Under the pieces are notes generated by a model. That model saw nothing but the letters and a program-made list of their open reading frames with translations. It did not search any database and had not been told where the DNA came from. The position numbers were made by a program, and so were the translations under genes. DNA of 55,667 nucleotides from Vicinamibacterales bacterium (lineage in GTDB: Bacteria; Acidobacteriota; Vicinamibacteria; Vicinamibacterales; UBA2999): NCBI GenBank assembly GCA_036374815.1, contig DASUSZ010000232.1:1-55667 (forward strand). The letters run 5' to 3'. Numbering within the stretch: the first letter of the stretch is position 1; every line of letters begins with the position of its first letter. Positions 37,188 through 46,222 of this stretch are shown here, piece after piece.

Positions 37188-38936
37188 TTGGCAATGGCGG
37201 CCCGCCTCACGGCATACGCCGTGGCTTTCATTGTCGGGGTCACGTTCATCGCCGGGCTGATCGTCGGCGCGCAGCGCGAAGACGACGGCGCGGTCGATTT
37301 GATCGTGATCAACGGCAAGGTCTATCCGGCTGATGGCGCCGCCGAGCTCGCCGAAGCGGTGGCCGTGCGCGGCAACAAGGTCATCCGCGTCGGATCGAAC
37401 CGCGAGATTCAGCGCCTCAAGCGCGCGCAGACGATCGTCATCGACGCCGAGGGCGGCGCGGTGATGCCCGGCTTCAACGACGCGCACGCCCATCTCATCA
37501 ACGGCGGCCTCTCGCTCGATCAGGTCAGCCTCGGCGACGCGACCACCATCGACGAGATCAAGGACACGATTCGTGTCTGGGCCGAAGCACACCCGGAGCG
37601 CGACTGGATCACCGGCCGCGGGTGGTACTACCAGCCGTTCAACGGCGCGATGCCGACGCGGCAGATGCTCGATGCGCTGGTGCCCGATCGCCCCGCGTAT
37701 CTCGTCGCCTACGACGGCCACACCGGCTGGGCCAATACGAAGGCGCTCAAGGCGGCCGGCATCACGCGGCGCACGCCGTCGCCCGCCAACGGCGTGATCG
37801 TCAAGGATCCGCGCACCGGCGAGCCGACCGGCGCGCTCAAGGAAGCGGCGATGGCGTTGATGAGCGCGGCCGCGCCGAAGCCGACCGAAGAAGATCGTCT
37901 CGCCGCCGCCCGCGCGGCGATCGACGAAGCGCATCGCTTCGGCATCACCAGCGTGCAGGATGCGGGCGCCGGCGCGGAGAATCTCGATCTTTACGATCGT
38001 CTTCGCAAACGCAAGGAGCTGACGCTGCGCGTCTACCAGGCGCTGCGCGCCGACGCCACGCTGACCGAGGCCACCCTCGAAGAGCTCGAGCAGGTCCGCA
38101 AGCGTTTCGCCGACGATCCCGTGCTGAAGACCGGAGCGGTGAAGCTGATCGCCGACGGCGTGATCGAATCGCACACCGCGGCGATGCTCGAACCGTACGC
38201 CAATCGCCCGGCCGTCAAGGGCGACGCGCGATTCACGCCCGAGCAGTTGAACAAGGTCGTCACGATGCTCGACCAGCGCGGCTGGCAGGTGATGACGCAC
38301 GCGATTGGCGACGCCGCCGTGCGCATGACGCTCGACGCGTACCAGGCTGCGGCGAAGGCGAATCCCGCGCCGGAGCGCGGACGCCGCCACCGCATCGAGC
38401 ACATCGAGACGATCGATCCGGCCGACATTCCGCGCTTCGGCAAGCTCGGCGTGATTGCGGCGATGCAGCCGGTGCACGGCACCCCGAGTCCGACGCCGGG
38501 CGACGTGTGGAGCGTCAACATCGGTGAAGAGCGCGCCGCCCGCGGCTGGGTGTGGAACAGCATTTCGAGGAGCGGCGGACGGCTCGCCTTCGGCAGCGAC
38601 TGGCCGGTAATGACGATCGACCCGCTGAAGGGCCTGCACGTCGCCGTTACGCGAACGACGCAGGAAGGTTTGCCGTCCGGAGGCTGGGTGCCCGCCGAGC
38701 GGCTGCCGATTCGCAAGGCGGTCGACGCCTACACGCGCGACGCCGCGTTCGCGTCCTTCGACGAGCTTCGCAAGGGCATGCTCGCCCGCGACATGCTCGC
38801 CGACATCGTCGTCCTCACCGAGGACATCTTTTCGGGGCCAGCCAGCCGCCTGACGGCCACGGAAGTGGCCGTTACGATCGCCGACGGGAAGGTCGTCTAC
38901 CGCCGCGATCCGCCTGAGAACACGACCGCGCAGTAA
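37188..38936 (+). CDS. amidohydrolase family (Amidohydro_3-type) metal-dependent hydrolase, membrane-anchored or secreted
   Basis: PGFNDAHAHL metal motif, HAIGD, HRIEHIE and the FGSDWPV C-terminal motif. The N-terminus is hydrophobic. The start is TTG 37188 or ATG 37194. Confidence 0.85.
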   Translation: MAMAARLTAYAVAFIVGVTFIAGLIVGAQREDDGAVDLIVINGKVYPADGAAELAEAVAVRGNKVIRVGSNREIQRLKRAQTIVIDAEGGAVMPGFNDAHAHLINGGLSLDQVSLGDATTIDEIKDTIRVWAEAHPERDWITGRGWYYQPFNGAMPTRQMLDALVPDRPAYLVAYDGHTGWANTKALKAAGITRRTPSPANGVIVKDPRTGEPTGALKEAAMALMSAAAPKPTEEDRLAAARAAIDEAHRFGITSVQDAGAGAENLDLYDRLRKRKELTLRVYQALRADATLTEATLEELEQVRKRFADDPVLKTGAVKLIADGVIESHTAAMLEPYANRPAVKGDARFTPEQLNKVVTMLDQRGWQVMTHAIGDAAVRMTLDAYQAAAKANPAPERGRRHRIEHIETIDPADIPRFGKLGVIAAMQPVHGTPSPTPGDVWSVNIGEERAARGWVWNSISRSGGRLAFGSDWPVMTIDPLKGLHVAVTRTTQEGLPSGGWVPAERLPIRKAVDAYTRDAAFASFDELRKGMLARDMLADIVVLTEDIFSGPASRLTATEVAVTIADGKVVYRRDPPENTTAQ

Positions 38937-38981
38937 CCACGAACCGTTCTTCACAACCGTTCGTCCAATTGCAGGGATCCC

Positions 38982-39980
38982 ATGCTGACTAGACCTCTGC
39001 TTGCTCTCCTCTGCCTTGGCGTTCTGACGGCGGCCGCGCCCGCGCCCCTCACGGCGCAGTCGGACCTCGACGCGTTCATGGAGAAGGTGCTCGCGCGCCG
39101 CGACGACAACTGGAAAAAGCTGCAGCAGTACGTGCTCGAGGAGAAGGAGGCGTTCGACCTGACCGGTCCCGGCCGCTTCCCGCTCTGGGGCATGCGCCGC
39201 GAATACACGTGGTTCATCCGCGACGGCATTTTCGTTCGCAGCCCGGTGACGGCGGACGGCGTCAAGCTGTCGGAGGCGGACAGGCGCAAGGCCGAGGATC
39301 GCTGGCTGCGCCGGCAGAAGAATCGCGACGAGCGCGAGAAGCGCAACGCCGAGCGCGAGGCAAAGGGGCTGCCGCCCGAGCGCGAGAGCCGCGAAGTGAC
39401 CATCGGTCCGTCCGGCGTGAAGACGTCGAGCTCCGACGATCAGGACACCGGCGCCACGATCACCAACACCGAGGACATGTTGAAGCAGGTCCGCGAGCCG
39501 CAGTTCGTGTCGTCCGCGTACTTCCTCAAGTTCAAGTTCGAGAAGGGCCACTACGCGCTCGCCGGCCGCGAGAAGGTCGGCGACAGCGACACGCTCAAGA
39601 TCGAGTACTACCCGCAGCAGGGCCTCTTCAAGGATGGCCGCAGCAAGCCGGACCGGCGCGTCAAGGAAGATGACGACAAGGTCGAAGACAAGATGAACAA
39701 GGCGTCGATGGTGACGCTATGGATCGAGCCGAACAACCACCAGATCCTTCAATACACCTTCGAGAACATGGACTGGGATTTCTTCCCCGGCCGCGCGCTC
39801 GTGCGCGTCGGCGACGTGCGCGCCAGCATGCAGATGGGCCAGGCGTTCCCGAACGTGTGGCTGCCGCGCCGCCTGCAGATGGATTTCGAGATGATGCTCG
39901 CGGTCGGCGCCGTCGATGCGAGATACCGGGTCGACTATCTGAATTACAAAGAAGCCGCGGTCACCTACAAGATCAAATGA
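38982..39980 (+). CDS. hypothetical secreted protein with a charged Arg/Glu/Lys-rich insert
   Basis: Signal peptide MLTRPLLALLCLGVLTAAAPA. The stop overlaps the start of the downstream Omp85-like gene (ATGA). Confidence 0.6.
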   Translation: MLTRPLLALLCLGVLTAAAPAPLTAQSDLDAFMEKVLARRDDNWKKLQQYVLEEKEAFDLTGPGRFPLWGMRREYTWFIRDGIFVRSPVTADGVKLSEADRRKAEDRWLRRQKNRDEREKRNAEREAKGLPPERESREVTIGPSGVKTSSSDDQDTGATITNTEDMLKQVREPQFVSSAYFLKFKFEKGHYALAGREKVGDSDTLKIEYYPQQGLFKDGRSKPDRRVKEDDDKVEDKMNKASMVTLWIEPNNHQILQYTFENMDWDFFPGRALVRVGDVRASMQMGQAFPNVWLPRRLQMDFEMMLAVGAVDARYRVDYLNYKEAAVTYKIK

Positions 39981-41293
39981 CCCGCGCGATCGTCATTGCT
40001 TTGTTCTGTGCCGCGACCTGCGGTCCGGCTGACGCCGGACCCTCACAAGAATCCTGTGGGGGTCCGCCTTCAGGCGGACCATTCATGTCCGCGCAACAAT
40101 CGTCGGGTGTCGTCGGCGAAGTGCGCATCCATGGCAACCACACCACGCCCGATGCCGACATCCTTGCCATCATCGGCGATGCCGTCGGCAAGCCCGCGAC
40201 CGATCAGCTGATCGCCGAGATCGGCATCCGGCTCGAACGCAGCGGCCGCTTCGACGCCGTGGAGGTGCGCAAACGCTTTCGATCGATCGACAACCCCGAC
40301 GACATTCTGCTGATGGTGATCGTCGACGAATTTCCCGGCGTCGACGAGCTCGACATCACGCGCGGCACGGTGCCGGGGCCGATGCGCCGCTTCTGGAGCA
40401 GCGGCATGTTCATGCCGATCCTGCATTCCGAAGACGGCTATGGCTTCACGTACGGCCTGCGCGCCAGCTTCGTGGATCGTCTCGGACCCCGCAGCCGTAT
40501 CTCGGTGCCGGTGACCTGGGGCGGCGAGCGCCAGGCGCGGGTGCAGCTCGAGCGGTCGTTCCAGTCCGGACCGATCGAGCGCGCGGCCGGAGAGTTTGGC
40601 ATCATTCGCCGCGAAAACCCGCACTACGAAATCAGCGATCGCCGCATCAGCGCGGGCGCGCGCATCGAATCGGCGCCGGCCCGATGGCTGCGCCTCGGTG
40701 CAGGCGGCAAGCGCGACGAAGTGTTGTTCGGTGGCTTCGAAGATCGCGTCGTCAGAGTGGGCGGCGATGTGACCGTCGACACGCGGGTCGACCCGGCGTT
40801 TCCGCGCAACGCCATTCACGCGACGATTGGCCTCGATCGCGTCGCGTACGACGGCGGCCGCGCCAATCAGAAGAAAGCAGACGTCCGCGGTTATGTCGGC
40901 CTGTTCCGGCAGACCGTGCTCGCGGTACGGGGATTGAGCGTCACGACCACCGAACCCCTGCCGCTCTACGAACACAACCTGCTCGGTGGCGCCGCCAACC
41001 TTCGCGGTTACGATGCCGGCTACAAGGCGGGCGACAATCTCGCGGCCGCATCGGCCGAGCTCCGCATCCCGCTCACCTCGCCGATGAACGTCGGCCGCTT
41101 CGGCGTCAAAGCGTTCGTCGACTGGGGCACGGTCTACGCCGTGGGCGACAAGCTGTCCGGTCAGACATTCGATCGCGGCATCGGCGGCGGCGCATACCTG
41201 CACCTGACCGTCGTCAGCCTGTCGCTGGACGTCGCGCGATCCCAGGCCGGCAACACCAGGTTTCACTTCGGGATGGGCGTAACGTTCAAGTAG
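39977..41293 (+). CDS. BamA/TamA (Omp85, surface antigen D15) family outer-membrane protein
   Basis: Signal peptide MTRAIVIALFCAATCGPADA. POTRA-like segment VGEVRIHGNHTTPD. The C-terminal beta-barrel ends in FHFGMGVTFK. An alternative in-frame ATG is at 40085. Confidence 0.75.
   Translation: MTRAIVIALFCAATCGPADAGPSQESCGGPPSGGPFMSAQQSSGVVGEVRIHGNHTTPDADILAIIGDAVGKPATDQLIAEIGIRLERSGRFDAVEVRKRFRSIDNPDDILLMVIVDEFPGVDELDITRGTVPGPMRRFWSSGMFMPILHSEDGYGFTYGLRASFVDRLGPRSRISVPVTWGGERQARVQLERSFQSGPIERAAGEFGIIRRENPHYEISDRRISAGARIESAPARWLRLGAGGKRDEVLFGGFEDRVVRVGGDVTVDTRVDPAFPRNAIHATIGLDRVAYDGGRANQKKADVRGYVGLFRQTVLAVRGLSVTTTEPLPLYEHNLLGGAANLRGYDAGYKAGDNLAAASAELRIPLTSPMNVGRFGVKAFVDWGTVYAVGDKLSGQTFDRGIGGGAYLHLTVVSLSLDVARSQAGNTRFHFGMGVTFK
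40022..40080. repeat. two near-identical perfect hairpins (GGTCCGGC-TGAC-GCCGGACC and GGTCCGCC-TTCA-GGCGGACC)
   Basis: Read directly from the sequence at 40022-40041 and 40061-40080, inside codons 16-35 of the Omp85-like ORF. Confidence 0.8.
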
Positions 41294-41294
41294 C

Positions 41295-41339
41295 GTGCAC
41301 ATGGTGCACAATGTGCACACCGTGCACCCCGTGCACGCT
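41295..41339. repeat. 5 x 9-bp tandem repeat with the palindromic core GTGCAC
   Basis: GTGCAC occurs at 41295, 41304, 41313, 41322 and 41331, an exact 9-bp phase. The array lies in the spacer between the Omp85-like stop and the DUF3500 start. Confidence 0.9.
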
Positions 41340-41348
41340 GGAGGTTTT

Positions 41349-42401
41349 ATGAGCCGTCTTACCGCGCTCAGGCTTGCCGTCGCCGCCGCGCTAATCACCG
41401 CCTTCACCGGCGCCGCCATCATCGCGTCGCAGAAGTCCGCGGCCAACATGCAGAAAGCGGCGACGCTGTTTCTCGACAGCCTCTCGCCTGATCAAAAAGC
41501 CAGGGCGACGTTTCCGTTCGACAGCGAGGAGCGCCTCCGCTGGCACTTCATCCCCAACGAGACGTTCCCGCGCAAGGGGCTGATGATCAAGGAGATGAAC
41601 GAGTCGCAGCGGCGGCTGGCGCACGACCTGCTGCGCAGCGGCCTCAGCGCGCGCGGCTACTTGAAGGTCACCTCGATCATCGAGCTCGAAGACGTGCTCA
41701 AGGCGATCGAGGCCGGCGGCCGCATTGCGCGCGACAAGGAAGCGTATTTGTTCTCGGTGTTCGGCACGCCGGCGGCCAAGGGCGCGTGGGGCTGGCGGCT
41801 CGAAGGCCATCACATCTCGCTGCGTTTCGCCGTCGTCGACAACGCCATGCGCGCCGACATCTCAACGTCGCCGATGTTCCTTGGATCGAATCCGGCGGAA
41901 GTGCGCGACGGCGACAAGAAGGGCACCCGCGTGCTTGCCGACGAAGAGGATGCCGCCCGCGCGCTGTTGATGTCGCTGCCCGGCGAGCTGCAGGCCAGGG
42001 CGGTGGTCAATCCGGTCGCGCCAACCGACATCCTGACGATGAACAAGAACGAGATTACGCCGCTGCCGCAGCAGGGCGTCACGTTCGGATCGATGGGCGC
42101 GCCGCAGCAGGCGCTGTTCACGAAGCTGATCGAGGTCTACACCTCGAACATGGACGCCGACATCGCGGCCCAGCGCATGGCGCGCATCAAGGCGCAGGGC
42201 ATGAACAACGTGCGCTTCGCCTGGCTCGGGGAGATCGACAAGGGCAAGAAGCACTACTACATGGTGCAGGGGCCGACGTTCCTGATCGAGTACGACAACA
42301 CCCAGAACAACGGCAATCACATCCACTCGGTCTGGCGGGATTTCAACGGCGACTTCGGGCGGGACATCCTGCGCGACCATCTCAAACAGGTCGCGCACTA
42401 A
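41349..42401 (+). CDS. DUF3500 domain-containing protein, secreted
   Basis: The start at 41349 gives the signal peptide MSRLTALRLAVAAALITAF. The motifs ERLRWHFIPN and WGWRLEGHHISL are characteristic of DUF3500. Confidence 0.8.
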   Translation: MSRLTALRLAVAAALITAFTGAAIIASQKSAANMQKAATLFLDSLSPDQKARATFPFDSEERLRWHFIPNETFPRKGLMIKEMNESQRRLAHDLLRSGLSARGYLKVTSIIELEDVLKAIEAGGRIARDKEAYLFSVFGTPAAKGAWGWRLEGHHISLRFAVVDNAMRADISTSPMFLGSNPAEVRDGDKKGTRVLADEEDAARALLMSLPGELQARAVVNPVAPTDILTMNKNEITPLPQQGVTFGSMGAPQQALFTKLIEVYTSNMDADIAAQRMARIKAQGMNNVRFAWLGEIDKGKKHYYMVQGPTFLIEYDNTQNNGNHIHSVWRDFNGDFGRDILRDHLKQVAH

Positions 42402-43241
42402 CTACCAGCGAAGGACCCGCCGGCCGCGCCAGATGGGTCCTTCCTCGACATATCTCCACTCCGGATTCAGGTGAGGATCGCGCAGCGAGTTCAGCACCTG
42501 ATCGAAAATCGGCAGCCCCTCATCGTCACACTCGAAGTAGGTGACGAAATCAAACTCGCCTTCGCGCTCGTAGCCGTCGGGGTTGTGGTAGACCCGGCGG
42601 AACAGCGCCGGGATTCCCTTCTCCGCCGCTTGCGCATGTCCTTTCACCGGCGTCGCGCTGGCGTGATCGACGTGCGGATAGAAATACGAGTGCCGCTCGA
42701 GCGTGCTCTTCTGCCACCACTCCGGCGTCTTCCTGATCGGCACGACGATGGCGTTCTTGCTCAGGCGGCCGGATTTGCGCGGCGGCGAGCCCTTGGTCGA
42801 GTAGCTGACCATCTCGGGGCTGGAGTAGCGCGGGTTGCGGAAGGCGCCGTCGAGCGCGAGGATTTCCGCCGAGTCGCCGATGCGGCGGCGCAGCTCTTCG
42901 TCAATCTCCTGGAGCCGCGGCCGGTACTTGCTCGATACCTGGACCATGTGCCGGGCCTTCTGGAAGCACGGCGCCGGGCACGTTTCCGGATCCGGCGCAT
43001 CGCCTTCGCGCACGTAGAACTGGATGGTCTCGAAGCGCTGCGCCTGCATTTCGCGCGCGTCGTCGATGTCGAAGTCGTTGAAGAAGCCGCGCGCGATGTT
43101 GCCGCCGGCGCTGCGCAGCCGCGCGCCGTGGGCATCGTCGTCCGCCCGCGCGATCACGAACAGGAACTTGGTGAATGCCAGGTTGGCGGCCGCCGTCGCG
43201 CCGTTGGCGTTCCCGTTACCCTGGCCGCAGCCGCTTCCCAT
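42402..43241 (-). CDS. chlorite dismutase (Cld/HemQ-like) family protein
   Basis: The C-terminal half (PEWWQKSTLERHSYFYPH ... FRRVYHNPDG ... FDFVTYFECDD ... LRD) fits the Cld-family pattern. The N-terminus is a Gly/Asn-rich low-complexity stretch. Confidence 0.6.
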   Translation of the reverse strand: MGSGCGQGNGNANGATAAANLAFTKFLFVIARADDDAHGARLRSAGGNIARGFFNDFDIDDAREMQAQRFETIQFYVREGDAPDPETCPAPCFQKARHMVQVSSKYRPRLQEIDEELRRRIGDSAEILALDGAFRNPRYSSPEMVSYSTKGSPPRKSGRLSKNAIVVPIRKTPEWWQKSTLERHSYFYPHVDHASATPVKGHAQAAEKGIPALFRRVYHNPDGYEREGEFDFVTYFECDDEGLPIFDQVLNSLRDPHLNPEWRYVEEGPIWRGRRVLRW

Positions 43242-43339
43242 ACCTGCCCGGCTATCGGATTCAGTTGAGGCGGACTGTATGAGTTTGTGCAGGAGCGTGC
43301 AGAATCGCTACCTGCCCAACCTGATAAAGTAGAAAGGTT

Positions 43340-46159
43340 ATGAACCCGTGGGACCAGTTTTCCGGGGCCAACGCGGGGTATGTCTACGAGTTGTTCGAGC
43401 GTTATCAGCGCGATCCCTCCTCCGTCGACGAGGCCACGCGCCGGGCGTTTGCTACCTGGACTCCCTCGGAACCCGATTCACCGCAGGCACTCCAGGCACC
43501 GAGCGCGCCGCAGGCGCCTGTCGAAGCCGGCATTGCCGCGTTCAACCTTGCTGAGTCGATTCGACGATTCGGCCACCTCGCCGCGCGGCTCGATCCGCTG
43601 GGCTTCCACGATCCGATCGGCGATCCGTCGCTCGCTCCGCAGTCGCACGGCCTGACCACCGACACGCTGAAGCAGCTGCCCGCATCGATCGTGTCGGGCC
43701 CCGCCGCCAAGGGATCGGCGAACGCGTTCGAGGCGATCGCGAAACTGCGGCAGATCTATTGCTCGACCACCGGACACGACTACAACCACGTGTTCGTGCC
43801 CGATGAGCGCGTGTGGCTGCGCCAGGCCGTCGAGTCCGGCCAGTTCCGTCCGCCCAACGATCCGATCGACAGCAACGAGCTGCTCGATCGCATCACCGAG
43901 GTCGAGACGTTCGAGCGGTTCCTGCACCGCACGTTCCCGGGCAAGACGCGTTTCTCGATCGAGGGCCTCGACCTGATGGTGCCGATCCTCGACGAGATCG
44001 TGCACGACGCGGCCGACAGCGGCGTGCAGCACGTGATGATCGCGATGGCGCATCGCGGGCGGCTCAACGTGCTCGCGCACATCCTGCAGAAGCCGTATGC
44101 GCAGATCCTCGCGGAGTTCAAGGATCCGATCCTGAAGGATCGCCTGCGCGTCGACCTCGGCTGGATGGGCGACGTGAAGTACCACGCCGGCGCCCGCATC
44201 GAAGCGCAACCCGATGGCTTGCCGAAGCAGGTGGTCATCTCGATGCCGCCCAACCCGAGCCACCTCGAAGCGGTCGACCCGGTGCTGAACGGCATGGCGC
44301 GCGCCGCGGCGACGACGGCGGATCGGCCGGGCGCGCCGATCGTCGACAAGGGCAAGGTGCTGGCGATCCTGATTCACGGCGACGCCGCCTTCCCCGGCCA
44401 GGGCATCGTCGCGGAAACGCTGAACCTGTCGCGGCTCGACGGCTACGACGTTGGCGGCATCATCCACATCATCGCCAACAACCAGCTCGGATTCACCACC
44501 GACCCCGACGAGTCGTACAGCACCAGTTACGCAAGCGGCCTGGCGCGCGGCTTCAAGATTCCCATCACGCACGTCAACGCCGACGATCCCGAGGCGTGCA
44601 TCGAAGCCGCTCGCCTGGCAATCGCCTACCGGCAGCGGTTCAAGCTCGATTACCTGATCGATCTGGTGGGCTACCGGAAGTACGGCCACAACGAAGGCGA
44701 TGAGCCCGCGTTCACACAGCCGCAGGTGTATCAGATCGTTGCCGCCCACCCCAGCGTGCGCGAGAAGTACGCGAAGAGGCTGATCGAGTCGGGTGCGATC
44801 ACGCAGGAGAAGGCCGACGCCCTGGTACAGTCGAAGATGGCGGAGCTCGAGTCCGCCTATGCGGCCGTCAAACCGGAACAGGATTACATTCCGCCGGTTC
44901 CCGAAGTGCCGCCGAGCGGCGCCGCCAAGAAGGCGCGCACCGCCGTCGCGCTGGACCAGCTGACCGCCATCAACAACGACCTGATGTCGGTGCCCGAAGG
45001 CTTCACGATCCATCGCAAGCTCGAACGCGGCCGCGAGCGCCGCAAGGCGATGTTCAACTCGCCGTCCGAGCGATCGATCGACTGGGCTGCGGCCGAGGAG
45101 CTGGCGCTGGCGACGATTCTCGCCGACGGCGTGCCGATCCGCTTCACCGGCGAGGACGTCGAGCGGGGCACGTTCAGCCATCGCCACGCGGTGTATCACG
45201 ACGCGGTCAGCGGCGAGGAACACGTCCCGCTGCAGACACTGCGGCAGGCAAGGGCGTCGTTCGAGATCCGCAACAGCCCGCTGTCGGAATACGCGTGCGT
45301 CGGCTTCGAGCTCGGTTACAACCTGCAGGAGCCCGCGCGCCTCGTGCTCTGGGAAGCGCAGTACGGCGACTTCATCAACGGCGCGCAGATCATCCTCGAC
45401 GAGTACCTGACGTCGGGCCGCGCCAAATGGGGCATGGCGCCGTCGCTGGTGTTGCTGTTGCCGCACGGCTACGAAGGCCAGGGGCCGGATCATTCGAGCG
45501 CGCGGCTCGAGCGGTTCCTGAACGCCGCCGCCGACACCAACATCCGCATCGCCAACTGCACGACGGCCGCGCAGTACTTCCACCTGTTGCGGCGCCAGGC
45601 GATGTTGCTGACGACGGATCCCCTGCCGCTGGTCGTGATGACGCCGAAGAGCCTGCTGCGGCATCCATTCACCGCATCGACTCCGGCGGAGCTCGCCGAG
45701 GGATCGTTCCAGCCGGTCATCGACGACGAAACCGCAGCGGCGCAGGCGTCAAAGGTCCGCCGGATCGCGTTCTGCAGCGGCAAGGTCGCCGTCGATCTAC
45801 TGACCAGCGAGCGCCGCAAGGAAAATCCCAACGTCGCGATCGTGCGCGTCGAGCAGCTTTATCCGTTCCCGGAGGAGGCGATCCGCGCGACCATCGAGCG
45901 CTACTCGAACGTGCGCGAGGTCTGCTGGGTGCAGGAAGAGCCGGAGAACATGGGCGCGTGGGAATTCGCGCGGCCGCTGCTCGAATCGATCGTCGACGGC
46001 AAGCAGCCGCTGCGCTACATCGGCCGCTCGCGCAACTCGAGCCCGTCGGAAGGCTCATCGAGCTGGCACGCGGCCAACCAGCGCGCCATCGTCGATCAGG
46101 TATTTGAAGCGAAGACAGAAACGCGCGAGCTCGATCGCGTCCTGTCCAAACAAATCTAA
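43340..46159 (+). CDS. sucA: 2-oxoglutarate dehydrogenase E1 component
   Basis: 939 aa. Characteristic blocks include GHLAARLDPLG, RFSIEGLD, MAHRGRLNVL, HGDAAFPGQG, GYRKYGHNEGDEP and LLPHGYEGQGPDHSS. Confidence 0.95.
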   Translation: MNPWDQFSGANAGYVYELFERYQRDPSSVDEATRRAFATWTPSEPDSPQALQAPSAPQAPVEAGIAAFNLAESIRRFGHLAARLDPLGFHDPIGDPSLAPQSHGLTTDTLKQLPASIVSGPAAKGSANAFEAIAKLRQIYCSTTGHDYNHVFVPDERVWLRQAVESGQFRPPNDPIDSNELLDRITEVETFERFLHRTFPGKTRFSIEGLDLMVPILDEIVHDAADSGVQHVMIAMAHRGRLNVLAHILQKPYAQILAEFKDPILKDRLRVDLGWMGDVKYHAGARIEAQPDGLPKQVVISMPPNPSHLEAVDPVLNGMARAAATTADRPGAPIVDKGKVLAILIHGDAAFPGQGIVAETLNLSRLDGYDVGGIIHIIANNQLGFTTDPDESYSTSYASGLARGFKIPITHVNADDPEACIEAARLAIAYRQRFKLDYLIDLVGYRKYGHNEGDEPAFTQPQVYQIVAAHPSVREKYAKRLIESGAITQEKADALVQSKMAELESAYAAVKPEQDYIPPVPEVPPSGAAKKARTAVALDQLTAINNDLMSVPEGFTIHRKLERGRERRKAMFNSPSERSIDWAAAEELALATILADGVPIRFTGEDVERGTFSHRHAVYHDAVSGEEHVPLQTLRQARASFEIRNSPLSEYACVGFELGYNLQEPARLVLWEAQYGDFINGAQIILDEYLTSGRAKWGMAPSLVLLLPHGYEGQGPDHSSARLERFLNAAADTNIRIANCTTAAQYFHLLRRQAMLLTTDPLPLVVMTPKSLLRHPFTASTPAELAEGSFQPVIDDETAAAQASKVRRIAFCSGKVAVDLLTSERRKENPNVAIVRVEQLYPFPEEAIRATIERYSNVREVCWVQEEPENMGAWEFARPLLESIVDGKQPLRYIGRSRNSSPSEGSSSWHAANQRAIVDQVFEAKTETRELDRVLSKQI

Positions 46160-46222
46160 TGACGGCACGGCCGCTTGCGTTGTCGCGGCCTCCGGAGAGC
46201 GTGGTAGAGGCAGTTAGCTGAT

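Noticed and set aside
36207-39551. 1114-aa ORF on the minus strand, the longest in the track
   Set aside because: Only its last 310 codons (36207-37139) have a recognisable protein pattern, that of PanE, starting at a proper ATG. The remainder runs antisense to the well-supported amidohydrolase and downstream genes. It has the Arg/Ala/Gly-rich composition of high-GC shadow frames.
43478-45664. 728-aa minus-strand ORF
   Set aside because: It is entirely antisense to sucA, whose identity is unambiguous. It has shadow-frame composition (very Arg/Ala/Val-rich) and no motifs.
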